A DNA stretch of 64,000 nucleotides from Mustelus asterias (Eukaryota), in the NCBI RefSeq assembly GCF_964213995.1, contig NC_135819.1:66712001-66776000 (forward strand), written 5' to 3'. The notes under the pieces were generated by a model. That model was given only the letters and a program-made list of their open reading frames with translations. It made no database searches and was not told the DNA's origin. Positions 1 through 12,064 of the stretch are shown here, in pieces. The number at the start of each line of letters is the position of its first letter. The stretch's first letter is position 1. Both the position numbers and the translations under genes were made by a program.

Positions 1-100
1 TGGGGTGCCCCCTGGGCACTGCTAGACTGGCAGTGCCAGCCTGGGCCCCATGGCACTATCCAATGGGCAAAGTGACAATGCCAAAGGGTCATCTGGACTC

Positions 101-438
101 AGAAATCATAGAAACCCTACAGTGCAGAAGGAGGCCATTCGTCCCATCGAGTCTGCACCGACCACAATCCCACCCAGGCCCTACCCCCACATATTTTACC
201 CGCTAATCCCTCTAACCTACACATCTCAGGACTCTAAGGGGAAATTTTTAGCATGGCCAATCAACCTAACCCGCACATCTTTGGACTGTGGGAGGAAACC
301 GGAGCACCCGGAGGAAACCCACGCAGACACGAGGAGAATGTGCAAACTCCACACAGACAGTGACCCAAGCCAGGAATCGAACCCAGGTCCCTGGAGCTGT
401 GAAGCAGCAGTGCTAACCACTGTGCTACCGTGCCGCCC
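101..438 (-). mobile_element. HE1-type V-SINE, full length, with CR1-derived 3' tail
   Basis: Minus strand has a tRNA-like head (box A gtagcacagtggtt, box B ggttcgattcc), the V-domain gggtttcctccgggtgctccggtttcctccca and a gtttctatgatttct tail. Confidence 0.93.
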
Positions 439-444
439 CTGTAA

Positions 445-548
445 CATCAGTTCTTTTCTCTCCTTACGGATGCTGCCAGACCTGCTGAGATTTTCCAGCG
501 TTTTCTCTTTTGGTTTCAGATTCCAGCATCTGCAGTAATTTGCTTTTA
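445..548 (+). mobile_element. Penelope-type terminal-repeat fragment (a different family from the one at 21370)
   Basis: gatgctgccagacctgctgagattttccagc...ttccagcatctgcagt; a related degraded copy is at ~1085-1157. Family assignment is from memory of shark repeats. Confidence 0.45.
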
Positions 549-1329
549 AACAGAGGGAGGGAGGTCAGTGGTCGGGCCTGGGCACCGGGGTGGAGGTGGA
601 GGCTGGTCCGGACACATCCAGGGGGTCAGCAATCAGGCTGCAGGGGGGCTGTACGGCCGGCGATGCAGGGGTCACGGGGCTGGCCAGTGGTTGGGAGGCT
701 GACAGTGAGGGGCTACTGAGCATGCGCCGATCTTGGCGTTGACAGATCAGTGCATGTGCAGTGGCCCGCTCAGCGCTATGCTGCCGGCTTCTCCAGCGGG
801 AATAGGCCCCGCCCACTGGTTTGTGGACTGATTCACGCTAGTGCATTCCGCAATGCACAGAGCGAGGGAGATTCATTTTGAATCTCCCGCTGAAAAGAAT
901 AGCGTGATTTACTCCAGTTTTTACGCAAATTCGACACTTAGAATTTTTTTGGGGGGGGGAGAATGGTCCCCGAGACTTTAGATAGAAATCAACCTTTAAA
1001 AGTCCATCAGTCACCAAACTCCAACTTAAGCACACTAATGCAGCCGAAAGCAACACTTAAGCGCAGACTTCTATTTAGAGATAAACAGATTTAATGTTTC
1101 AGGTCATTTGAGATGCTGCTTGACCTGCTGAGCATTTCAACATTATTTTTATTTCAGCTAGCATGAGGATTGCAAAGGGAAGTTGTGTGGTCCGCAGCTT
1201 AGTGGAAATGAGCTAAAGAAGCAGGGGGTGAATCTTGTGAACATTTGGGGGAGGAAAGGGTCAAAAGAGGTGCAACAGGGCACAAAGGATCAAAGATAGT
1301 TCAAAAATTATAATTTGCAATCACAGCTG

Positions 1330-2130
1330 TCTCAGTTCATTTAGTTTGGGAATGGCCTGTATATGGCAAGCTAACATTAACTAGCTCCTTAGTCTATTGG
1401 TATAACCACTATGTTCTCAGTAGTTTCAATGCATGTTCTGCAATGGGGTCCCAAAGTTGCACACATTACTATAACTATGGTTTAATGATCAACTTGTACA
1501 AAGTTATTACCTCTTTGCTCTTTTGACTATTGGCCTATTGAATTATTTATCGGTGCCAATTGCTCAACTCTTCACACTCTTTGTACATCTCAGATTGTAT
1601 ATTCCAAACCTTATTTAATTTATTTTGTACTTCATGCATTCATTTCCCTTTCCATACCTTCCCGACTTTTTTTTTTACTGCAGCCCTCTTTAACGTTTGA
1701 CAAGTCAGAAAATTCCAACACAGCGATCCCTAGCTGTGGTTATATCAGTCTGAGGAAGAATCATAAACCCTCCTACTTTATTTCCTCTCTCCCAATCGAC
1801 TGCTTATCCATTCTGCTGTATTTCCTCTCATACCTGCCTATTGTAAGAAGTCGTCTGAAAATCTCTTTACAAACGCTGCATTCCCTTATCTGTATAAGCC
1901 ACATGTTCATAAAGCTCTCTTAAATTTGTCCAATCAAGGCTGTCATCAAGTACCCTAGACATTCTGAAATGCTAACTAATTTAGTCTCAAATCATGGATT
2001 CTAAGGTATGCTAATTCCTTTGGATTGAAAGATTCTAGTCAGAATCTCTGCGATTTCCTCCATAATTCTTTTTCACCAACTTCACATTCATGCCATCTTA
2101 ATCCAATTATTTATCCACAGTTCTTTTAAA
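1330..2130 (-). mobile_element. Very old degenerate CR1 ORF2 remnant
   Basis: Minus-strand patches read EEIAEILTRIFQS, GMRGNTAEWISS and CVQLWDPHCR-like CR1 motifs with many stops. Confidence 0.5.
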
Positions 2131-2608
2131 TTTTTCAGAACTAAATCATTTTCTCGTTATCTTCAACACTTTGAACTCATGCTTTTCAATGCATGTTTTC
2201 AATGGAAATAACACCTTGCAAGTGGGAAATGGGCTGAAGCACTCTAATGCAGCCAAAAGCAACACCTGAGTGGCGACATCTATTTAGAGAGAAATAAATT
2301 CATTGTTGCCCAATCAGTGCCACCAAAAAGTCAAAATTTACTCCCATTGTATCCTAAAAAAATAAGGATGGGAGTAATATTTTTTGAGGAAGGCAATAAT
2401 GGAAATGTATATTGAATCAACATTTTGAAGTTTTGATACTCAACCTTTGGATATCACTGTGTATTTATCTAAAACTCAACGTTTGTACATGAGTTTATAG
2501 CAAACAAAGAGCAAAATATACATGGTCTGTGCAAAAAACAACTTTTTCTCCTTTGAGTTTTTATAGATGTAGTAACTATAACAGTTTTGGTCACAGGTTT
2601 AATTTTAC

Positions 2609-2752
2609 CCATTTCTGTTGAGTGAAGACGATTAAACAGCCGTTCCTTAACCGTTATTGGTAGTGATAGAACCCCGACATTATGATTCCAGCACATTAGG
2701 ATCTTAAAGGGTTTTGTTAGGCAGAACAGCATTCCATTGCTGCCGTTTTTTC
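2609..2752 (-). CDS. Internal coding exon (144 nt, phase 1/1) of an unidentified host gene: GKNGSNGMLFCLTKPFKILMCWNHNVGVLSLPITVKERLFNRLHSTEM
   Basis: Acceptor ttttgtataatgtag|G and donor ATGG|gtaaaa. Only one of three frames is open across the exon, and it matches the phase of the upstream exon over a 120-nt intron. Confidence 0.55.
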
Positions 2753-2872
2753 CTACATTATACAAAATAAATCATGAGTAAACAACATACTCAAAAAAAC
2801 ACTTTCAGTACATCATTCAACACTTAAATCAAAAAGGTTACCATAGTAAGACTGTAGAATATAATACAGTAC

Positions 2873-2906
2873 CTGAGGAAAGTTTTCTTCCAATGAAGCG
2901 CATCAT
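2873..2906 (-). CDS. First coding segment MMRFIGRKLSS(G) within exon 2873-2971
   Basis: Acceptor cttcattag|G at 2971 and donor TCAG|gtactg at 2873. The ATG has A at -3 and an in-frame TAA upstream. Confidence 0.55.
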
Positions 2907-3364
2907 ATTGTGGTTACTATTAGAACAGTTGCCGCTAATGAATCTTTATGTATCCAAAAGTACATCATATCCTAATGAAGTAACAAGTGAAGCCAAGAAT
3001 AATGTAACTCCGAAAATATCCCAAATGTGATCAAAATATCTATTAATAATGATTAGATTTACAGATGCTCTAACTCTACACTAGCTACAAGGATCCCTTG
3101 TCCTTGGCAGACCCAACACAATGTTACACAATTTAAATGTATAAATGAATAACTTCAAATGTGTAACCTATGTAGAAGCTTCTTCGTCACATTTTAAACG
3201 GAATTGCTAAAGCAGAAAAATATGACAAAAGCAACTGGACAGCTTCCAGAATAGACAGCGAAGAGAATTTTTTGCATCTCATTCTATGTTCTGCCTGCTG
3301 TTGTTCCTGGTCCCCCTTAAATTCTCTGCATTAATCCAAAATTAGTCTCTGGCTTATTGTCCAA

Positions 3365-3610
3365 GTTCGATTCCTGGCTTGGGTCATTGTCTGTGCGGAG
3401 TCTGCAAGTTCTCCCTATGTCTACATGGGTTTCCTCCAGGTACTCCAGTTTCCTCCCATAGTCCGAAAGATGTGTTGGTTAGGTGCATTGGCCATGTTAA
3501 ATTCTCCCTCAGTGTACCTGAACAGGTGCTGGGGTGTGGCAACTAGGGGAATTTCACAGTAACTTCATTGCAGTGTTAATGGAAGCCTACTTGTGACACT
3601 AATAAATAAA
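3365..3610 (+). mobile_element. V-SINE, alternative-tail subfamily, 5' truncated
   Basis: Box B gttcgattcc, V-domain, tail cagtaacttcattgcagtgttaat...cctacttgtgacactaataaataaa. Confidence 0.88.
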
Positions 3611-4774
3611 TACACCAAACAAATAAAGTATACTAGGGCTTAACTAAGCTCATGCAGTGTCAAAGATTGGTAAACTGTATATTTCAATTTTTATGTTGCT
3701 CCTAGTTTGGCCCAGCAATTAGCACAATGCCTATGCTTCAAGTGCTCAACCACAGTGGAATCAATGACACAGTATTCAAATTGCCAAATTATTTATAATT
3801 GTTATTTATTAACTCTTTCAATTCTCTGTCAGATTCCAGTTCCATAGCCATGTCTTTCCCCAAACTCTTTCATTCTCAAAGACACTTGCCTGTAAAATCA
3901 CAAGCCTCTAAACCATCTATTGAATCAGTTTCCTTTTTCTTGTTTGAACATTTCTGTCTATTACAATCAAGATACAATCTAGGTTTAGGACTGTCCCATA
4001 TTTAGTGCATCTTTCCTGGTTCCTTCTTCCTCCTCATACAATCATCATATTTTTTCCCCTGATCCTCACCTTCCATCCCAACAGCTTCCTTTCATGACAT
4101 CAATATTTGCCATTTCCACCATCTGAAACATGATCAAATACATCTTTCCCCTTTCCACCAGGATTATTCCTTAAATCTTGGGTCACTGCCACCATCCGTA
4201 TTTACAGCTGCACCAGTTCTGACATCTTCTCATGCAAAACTAGAAAATACGTCACAACCCCTGCTCCCGCACCATTCTCCAGCATTTCAAACACATCTTT
4301 CATTTGCCACAGTAATTGGGTGTCCCTTCCCTTCTCAAACCATTGTACTGCATTTGCTGTCCTACTCCTATCTCCTGACCTTGTTGATAATGGCCTTGTT
4401 CCAACAAAGTCCAATTTTCTTTATTCATTCATGGGACATGGGTGTTGCCTGCATTTATTGCCGATCCCAATGCAGTTTAAGAAATAAAGCACAAGTTTGC
4501 ATACATACACTCCTTTTCATAGCTATGCAACAACCTATAAGCACTTTATAATCTACTAAATACTTCTAAGCGCATTTGCTTTTGTACAAGATCTCATCTT
4601 GCTCCTAAACAGCCTGTAAATCTGTGTTAACTTTGGTAACATTAGACTTTAACCATTCCCACATACAAATCTGTGTTCATTAAAAACAGGTGCAACAGAT
4701 TTAAGCTAGCATGGAGCAGGGCCACGGCCCTCGTCAGCTCTTTGTTAATCACAATTCCCTTGGCTTTCCCCAGA

Positions 4775-4960
4775 GACCTGCTTGCTTCCGTGCCCATTGG
4801 GCACCGCAGGGACTGGGTGCATTATTGACCCCTTTAATCACATTTTAATTTGATGTTTTAAGTTTCCTTTACGCTTTGTCTTGCGTTTTGGGCGGTTCTC
4901 CTCCTTTTGGGAGCTGCCCCTTTTAAGTTGTCCCTGAGTTAATTTGATTTTGTTTATTTA
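4775..4960 (+). mobile_element. 3' end of a Tx1-like LINE
   Basis: WAPQGL.CIIDP.NHILI* resembles a Tx1 ORF2 C-terminus, followed by a T-rich 3' UTR with the stem-loop gggcggttctc...gggagctgccc. Confidence 0.45.
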
Positions 4961-4962
4961 GT

Positions 4963-5500
4963 CATAGATAGTCATAGAGGTTTACAGCATGGAAACAGGC
5001 CCTTCGGCCCAACTTGTCCATGCCAGCCCTTTTTTTAAAAAATCACTAAACTAGTCCCAATTGCCCGCCTTTGACCCATATCCCTCTATACCCATCTTAC
5101 CCACGTAACTGTCTAAATGCTTTTTAAAAGACAAAATTGTACCCGTCTCAACTACTACCTCTGGCAGCTTGTTCCAGACACTCACCACCCTCTGTGTGAA
5201 AAAATTGCCCCTCTGGACCCTTTTGTATCTCTCCCCTTAAACTTATGCCCTCTAGTTTTAGACTCCCCTACCTTTGGGAAAATATGTTGACTATCTAGCT
5301 GACCAATCCCCCCCCCCATTATTTTATAGACCTCTATAAGATCACCCCTCAGCCTCCTACGCTCCAGAGAAAAAAATTCCCAGTCTATTCAGACTCTCCT
5401 TATAACTCAAACCATCAAGTCCCGGTAGCATCCGAGTAAATCTTTCCTGCACTCTTTCTAGCTTAATAATGTCCTTTCTACGATAGGGTGGCCAGAACAG
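4963..5500 (-). mobile_element. CR1 LINE 3' fragment
   Basis: CR1 3' UTR hairpin (ggcccttcggccc), (ctatgact)n-type tail and FFTQRVV coding remnant. Confidence 0.85.
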
Positions 5501-5811
5501 TGCTCCTTCCTAAAGGTGGCATTAAGTGAATAATTAACAACTTATTTTATTCAACCAACCGGGAACTTTAATTAAACCAGTAACAATTTTAATTAAAGGA
5601 TGGTTCGACTGAAATGCTGTTCAAATAAAGATAAGGATCATTTAGTACCAAAACAGTAATAACAGAATCTTAGTCACTCTCAAAAAAACTAGATACAACC
5701 AGGTCTGGTGGCTTGGAAAAGATTTGGAGGTTCTTCTGTAGCTGTCTGTAAGCGCTGTCCGATTGGGTACTTTTCGCTGGTTGAATGGTGAGTTCTCTTA
5801 AGACATATCTG

Positions 5812-6789
5812 TTTTGGGGCCACTGCTGTTTGTAATATTTATTAATGATCTGGATGAGGGTATAGTTGGGTGGATTAGCAAATTTGCTGATGACACCAAA
5901 GTCGGTGGTGTGGTAGACAGTGAGGAAGGGTGTCGTAGTTTGCAGGAAGACTTAGACAGGTTGCAAAGTTGGGCCGAGAGGTGGCGGATGGAGTTTAATG
6001 CGGAGAAGTGTGAGGTAATTCACTTTGGTAGGAATAACAGATGTGTTGAGTATAGGGCTAACGGGAGGACTTTGAATAGTGTGGAGGAGCAGAGGGATCT
6101 AGGTGTATGTGTGCATAGATCCCTGAAAGTTGGGAATCAAGTAGATAAGGTTGTTAAGAAGGCATATGGTGTCTTGGCGTTTATTGGTAGGGGGATTGAA
6201 TTTAGGAGTCGTAGCGTTATGTTGCAACTGTACACAACTCTGGTGCGGCCGCACTTGGAGTACTGTGTGCAGTTCTGGTCCCCACATTACAGGAAGGATG
6301 TGGAGGCTTTGGAGAGGGTGCAGAGGAGGTTTACCAGGATGTTGCCTGGTATGGAGGGGAGATCCTATGAGGAGAGGCTGAGGGATTTGGGATTGTTTTC
6401 GCTGGAAAGGCGGCGGCTAAGAGGGGATCTTATTGAAACATATAAGATGATTAGAGGTTTAGATAGGGTGGATAGTGATAGCCTTTTTCCTCTGATGGAG
6501 AAATCCAGCACGAGGGGGCATGGCTTTAAATTGAGGGGGGGTAGTTATAGAACCGATGTCAGGGGTAGGTTCTTTACCCAGAGGGTGGTGAGGGATTGGA
6601 ATGCCCTGCCAGCATCAGTAGTAAATGCGCCTAGTTTGGGGGCGTTTAAGAGATCCGTAGATAGGTTCATGGACGAAAAGAAATTGGTTTAGGTTGGAGG
6701 GTCACAGTTTTTTTTTTTAACTGGTCGGTGCAACATCGTGGGCCGAAGGGCCTGTTCTGCGCTGTAATGTTCTATGTTCTATGTTCTAT
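5812..6789 (+). mobile_element. Young 5'-truncated CR1 LINE (RT C-terminal half, ORF 5814-6692)
   Basis: KFADDTK RT motif, LVRPHLEYCVQFWSP and FFTQRVV, (gttctat)n tail, flanking atatctg on both sides. Confidence 0.95.
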
Positions 6790-7217
6790 ATCTGAAGCTG
6801 GCAGAGTTAAGAACTAACTGGTGATCTAACTGCCTTTAACTGCTTCAGCTGATCTGACCCTGGCTCTGGCTCAAGTGATATTTGACTCTTAAATCTTAAT
6901 CTTTTGCCTTCTTAAAATCTAACTAACTGCAGGTAATTGAAGGGGAGATATTAAGTTTCTTTCAGGCCTAAGGGAAGTAAAAACAAAACAAGCCCTCCTA
7001 ATGCTGTCACTCATAGGGGACAGCTAATTAAGTAAACTGGTTAAATCTGGTTCCTGAAGCAGGACAAGCCTAAGTTATATAAGCAAGGTCTAAAGTACAA
7101 ACAGCACAGAATGCAAGTTGGAGAGTGTGGGAGCAATTTATTGCTGTGCCTGGTGTCCCTTGCTACCTCCACAGGTCCAGTGGGGGCAGGAGTTGACCAG
7201 GCATTACAGTTCAGAAT

Positions 7218-10200
7218 ATAAGAACATAAGAACATAAGAAATAGGAGCAGGAGTAGGCCATCTAGCCCCTCGAGCCTGCCCCGCCATTCAATAAGATCAT
7301 GGCTGATCTGACGTGGATCAGTACCACTTACCCGCCTGATCCCCATAACCCTTAATTCCCTTACCGATCAGGAATCCATCCATCCGCATTTTAAACATAT
7401 TCAGCGAGGTAGCCTCCACCACCTCAGTGGGCAGAGAATTCCAGAGATTCACCACCCTCTGGGAGAAGAAGTTCCTCCTCAACTCTGTCTTAAACCGACC
7501 CCCCTTTATTTTGAGGCTGTGTCCTCTAGTTTTAACTTCCTTACTAAGTGGAAAGAATCTCTCCGCCTCCACCCTATCCAGCCCCCGCATTATCTTATAA
7601 GTCTCCATAAGATCCCCCCTCATCCTTCTAAACTCCAACGAGTACAAACCCAATCTCTTCAGCCTCTCCTCATAATCCAAACCCCTCATCTCCGGTATCA
7701 ACCTGGTGAACCTTCTCTGCACTCCCTCCAATGCCAATATATCCTTCCTCATATAAGGGGACCAATACTGCACACAGTATTCCAGCTGCGGCCTCACCAA
7801 TGCCCTGTACAGGTGCATCAAGACATCCCTGCTTTTATATTCTATCCCCCTCGCAATATAGGCCAACATCCCATTTGCCTTCTTGATCACCTGTTGTACC
7901 TGCAGACTGGGCTTTTGCGTCTCATGCACAAGGACCCCCAGGTCCCTTTGCACGGTAGCATGTTTTAATTTGTTTCCATTGAGATAGTAATCCCATTTGT
8001 TATTATTTCCTCCAAAGTGTATAACCTCGCATTTATCAACGTTATACTCCATTTGCCATATCCTCGCCCACTCACTCAGCCTGTCCAAATCTCTCTGCAG
8101 ATCTTCTCCGTCCTCCACACGATTCACTTTTCCACTCATCTTTGTGTCGTCTGCAAACTTCGTTACCCTACACTCCGTCCCCTCCTCCAGATCATCTATA
8201 TAAATGGTAAATAGTTGCGGCCCGAGTACCGATCCCTGCGGCACGCCACTAGTTACCTTCCTCCAACCGGAAAAACACCCATTTATTCCGACTCTTTGCT
8301 TCCTGTCGGATAGCCAGTCCCCAATCCACTTTAACACACTACCCCCAACTCCGTGTGCCCTAATCTTCTTCAGCAGCCTTTTATGGGGCACCTTATCAAA
8401 CGCCTTTTGGAAATCCAAAAACACCGCATCCACCGGTTCTCCTCCATCAACCGCCCTAGTCACATCTTCATAAAAATCCAACATGTTCGTCAAGCACGAC
8501 TTTCCCCTCATGAATACATGCTGCGTCTGATTGATCGAACCATTTCTATCCAGATGCCCTGCTATCTCCTCTTTAATAATGGATTCCAGCATTTTCCCTA
8601 CTACAGACGTTAAGCTGACCGGCCTATAGTTACCCGCCTTTTGTCTCCTTCCTTTTTTAAACAGCGGCGTAACATTAGCCATTTTCCAATCAACTGGCAC
8701 TACCTCAGAATGCAACGAGTTTTGATAAATAATCACTAACGCATCCACTATTACCTCTGACATTTCTTTCAATACCCTGGGATGCATTCCATCCGGACCC
8801 GGGGACCTTCAGTCCCATTAGCCTACCCAGCACTGCCTCTCTGGTAACATTAATTGTATTAAGTATTTCTCCTGCTGCCAACCCTCTATCGTTAATATTT
8901 GGCAAACTATTTGTGTCCTCCACCGTGAAGACCGACACAAAAAACTTATTTAAAGACTCAGCCATATCCTCATTTCCCACTATTAACTCCCCCCTCTCGT
9001 CCTCCAAGGGTCCAACATTCACTCTAGCCACTCTATTCCTTTTTATATATTTATAAAAACTTTTACTATCATTTTTTATATTAATTGCTAGCCTAGCTTC
9101 ATAGTCTATCCTTCCTTTCTTTATCGCTTTCTTAGTCTCTCTTTGTTGTTTCTTAAATTTTTCCCAATCACTTGTTTCTCCACTATTTTTGGCCACTCTG
9201 TACGCAGCTGTTTTTATTTTAATACTCTCCTTTATTTCCTTCGTTATCCACGGCTGGTTCTCCCTTTTCTTACAATCCTTGTTTTTTGCTGGAATATATT
9301 TTTGCTGAGAACTGAAAAGGATCTCCTTAAAAATCCTCCACTGTTCCTCAGCTATCCTACCTGCCAGCCTGCTCTCCCAGTCTACCTTAGCCAATTCATC
9401 CCTCATCCTATCATATTTCCCTCTGTTCAAACAGAGGACACTGGTTTGGGACCAAACTTTCTCCTCTTCCATCTGAATCAGAAATTCGACCATATTGTGG
9501 TCACTAGACCCAAGAGGGTCCTTCACAATAAGATCCTTAATTCTACCTACCTCGTTACACAATACCAGATCCAAAATAGCTCGTTCCCTCGTCGGTTCCG
9601 TAACATGCTGTTCAAGGAAACTATCCCGACAGCATTCTAAGAACTCTTCCTCCATTCCACCCTTACCGACTTGAGTCTGCCAGTCAATGTGCATGTTGAA
9701 GTCCCCCATGATTATTGCCGTTCCGTTTTTACATGCATCCCTTATCTGCTTGTTTATAGCCCTCCCTACCTCAACATTATTATTTGGGGGCCTATATAAC
9801 ACACCTACTAGTGTCTTTCTCCCTCTACTATTCCTCATCTCTACCCATAATGATTCCACGTTTTGTTCCTCAGAGCCTATGTCATCCCTCAGTACTACCC
9901 TGATATTATCTCTTATTAATAGCGCGACCCCACCACCTTTTCCTTCCTGTCTATTCTTCCTAAACGCCTGATACCCCTGGATATTCATCTCCCAGTCCTG
10001 GTCACCTTTCAGCCACGTTTCTGTACTGGCCACTAGATCGTACTCACTTGTGCTGATTTGCACCATCAACTCATTTACCTTGTTCCGAATGCTTCGTGCA
10101 TTCAGGCAAAGTGTCCTTATTCCAGCTTTTATCTGGACCCGCTTTGATGAGTCGCGAACACCCTCTCCCTCTACTCCCTTATCTAAATTACCGCCTTCAT

Positions 10201-10276
10201 TCACTTGCACCCTCTCCTCTACCATTAATTTTGTAATTCCCCTTACCCCTGCATCCTCCCCCCCATCAATTAGTTC
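7218..10276 (-). mobile_element. Young CR1 LINE with near-complete ORF2 (APE endonuclease + RT), one frameshift at ~8805, truncated at the ORF1/ORF2 junction
   Basis: ORF 8705-10339 has CLNARS, TETW, GDFN and SDH; ORF 7318-8787 has GVPQGSVLGP and KFADD; (ttcttatg)n tail. Confidence 0.96.
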
Positions 10277-10443
10277 CTTGATGATGGATGACCAACAGAT
10301 GCAGCTGATTGGTGAGTAAGTCCTGGTAGGTATTTCCAAACCATATTAAATTGTATGTCATTATTTAAGCAAGGGTAGGAAATTATTTGATTTATTTCTT
10401 TTTTTAAGTCTTATAAAGTTTTTAAACTTAAAAGGGTTTAGTC

Positions 10444-10580
10444 ATGGCAGGAGAGCTTGAAGCTATGGTTTGCTCTTCTTGCTCCATATGGGAGGCCTGC
10501 CACGTTTCCAGTGCTTGGGGCTAGCATTATGCAGGAAGTGTGTCCAGCTGCAGCTCCTGGAAGCTTGAGTTTCAGAATGC
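10444..10580 (+). mobile_element. CR1 ORF1 N-terminal zinc-finger remnant; 5500-5810, 6790-7215 and 10283-10443 may be its 5' UTR split by younger CR1s
   Basis: MAGELEAMVCSSCSIWE...CRKCVQLQLLEA parallels the CxxC...CxxC region of ORF1 at ~36700-36830. Confidence 0.6.
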
Positions 10581-10649
10581 AGTCTTTCCTGAGCAGAAAC
10601 CCTGAAGTTAAGTTATGAAGCCTGATACCTGGTGACCTCAAAAAATTCA

Positions 10650-11690
10650 ATCAAATTTGTTAGTCGTGATCTCCCGCTGGTGAAGCATTGCTGACTATCC
10701 CTGATCAAGCCTTGCCTCTTTCAGTGGAGATAGATGCTCTCCCACAGACGTTCCTCCAATAGTTTCCTTACCAATGACGTGAGACTTACTGGTCTGTATT
10801 TCCCTGGTTTATCTCTACAACCCTTCTTAAATAGCACAACCACGTTAGCTGTTCTCTAGTCATCTGGCACCTCCCCCGTGGCCAGAGGAATTAAAAATTT
10901 AGGTCAGAGCCCCTGCAATCTACTCCCTTGCCTCCCACAGTAGCAGAGGGCACAATTCATCTGGACCTGGAGATTTATTCACTTTTAAGCCTTCCAACAC
11001 CTCCAATACCTTGTCCTTCCTGATATCAATTTATTCAAGAACGTCAGTCTCTCTCTTCCCGTATTCCATACTCATAGAAATCATAGAAACCCTACAGTGT
11101 AGAAGGAGGCCATTCGGCCCATCGAGTCTGCACCGACCACTTTTCTATTCCTTGTGTGAAGATGGATGTGAAGTACTCATTCAACACTACCAATGTCGTC
11201 TGGCTCCACCCATAGATTGCCCCCTTTGGTCCCTACTCTTTCCCCGGTTATCTTCTTCACATTGATACACATATAATATCTTGGGATTTTCTCTACTTTT
11301 ACCAACCAGAGCTTTCTCATATCCATTTTCTTTTTGAAAGGTATTATTGAATTTGCACCATTATCCTTTCAGGCAGTGGGATCCAGAATACAACCCATTG
11401 GATTAAAAAGAAGTTTCTTCATGCCACCACCGGTTCTTTTGCCAATTACCTTAAATCTGTACCTTTTTCTGAAAACGGTTTATCCTTATTTACATATCAA
11501 AACCATTATGATTGAACACCTCTATCAAACTTCTGTTAACCTTCTCTGTTCTAAGGAGAACAACCCAGTTTCTCTAGTCTCTTCACGTAACTTCAGTCTC
11601 TCATGCACAGTACCATTCTGGTAAATCTCCTCTGCACCCTGTGTAAGGTATTGACATTCTAAAATGTGGTGTCCAGTATTGAACACAAGT
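10650..11690 (-). mobile_element. Degenerate CR1 ORF2 and 3' fragments, with an HE1 tail inserted at ~11073-11140
   Basis: YRPVSLTS-like and GLFSLEQRRL remnants; catagaaatcatagaaaccctacagtg matches the tail at 101-165. Confidence 0.7.
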
Positions 11691-12064
11691 GCCGCAAGAG
11701 GAAGAATAGAGCAGCTGAATACATGGCTGGAGAGATGTTGTAGGAAGGAGAGGGGGATTTGGATTTGAGGCATTGGGGCCAATTTTGTGGAAGATGGGAC
11801 CTGGACAAGTTACACCCAGCAGGACCTGACCAATATTCTCCTAGCAATTTTTACAAGTGCTGTTTGGGAGGATTTAAGCTAGAGTGGCAGGGAGATGGGA
11901 ACCCAAGCAGGTAGACAAAAGAAAGGGAAACAAGTTAGAAATAAAAGAGGAGACAAAGGCTAGGGCAATAGTATAAAAATGTTAAAAAGACAAATCTAAA
12001 GAGAATATCTGAATGAATGCAGCATTCACAATAAGGTAGATCAGTGGTGGGCAGCCTAGAACCT

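Larger units (their letters stand above)
1..971 (-). mobile_element. Non-autonomous Harbinger-type MITE, cut by the window edge and interrupted by an HE1 SINE and a Penelope-type fragment
   Basis: The reverse complement of 700-971 aligns by eye to 25884-26150 (ggggcctattccc.ctggaga.gc.ggcagcat...). 40-90 matches the reverse complement of 26360-26412. Terminal gagaatggtcccc resembles the GG..GATTCTC TIR. Confidence 0.6.

Noticed and set aside
50-538. 162-aa ORF and similar short ORFs over SINEs and MITEs
   Set aside because: They span unrelated repeat junctions and are chance frames in HE1/V-SINE sequence.
1826-1840. Strong minus-strand donor CAG|gtatga
   Set aside because: It lies within a degenerate CR1 and I found no convincing exon upstream.
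2338-2377. Small hairpin ttactccca...atcct...aggatgggagtaa
   Set aside because: Single short intronic inverted repeat with no further support; not a terminator in a eukaryotic context.
7519-9971. Many plus-strand ORFs opposite CR1 ORF2 (also 33290-36668)
   Set aside because: Antisense shadows of a long coding frame with no independent motifs.
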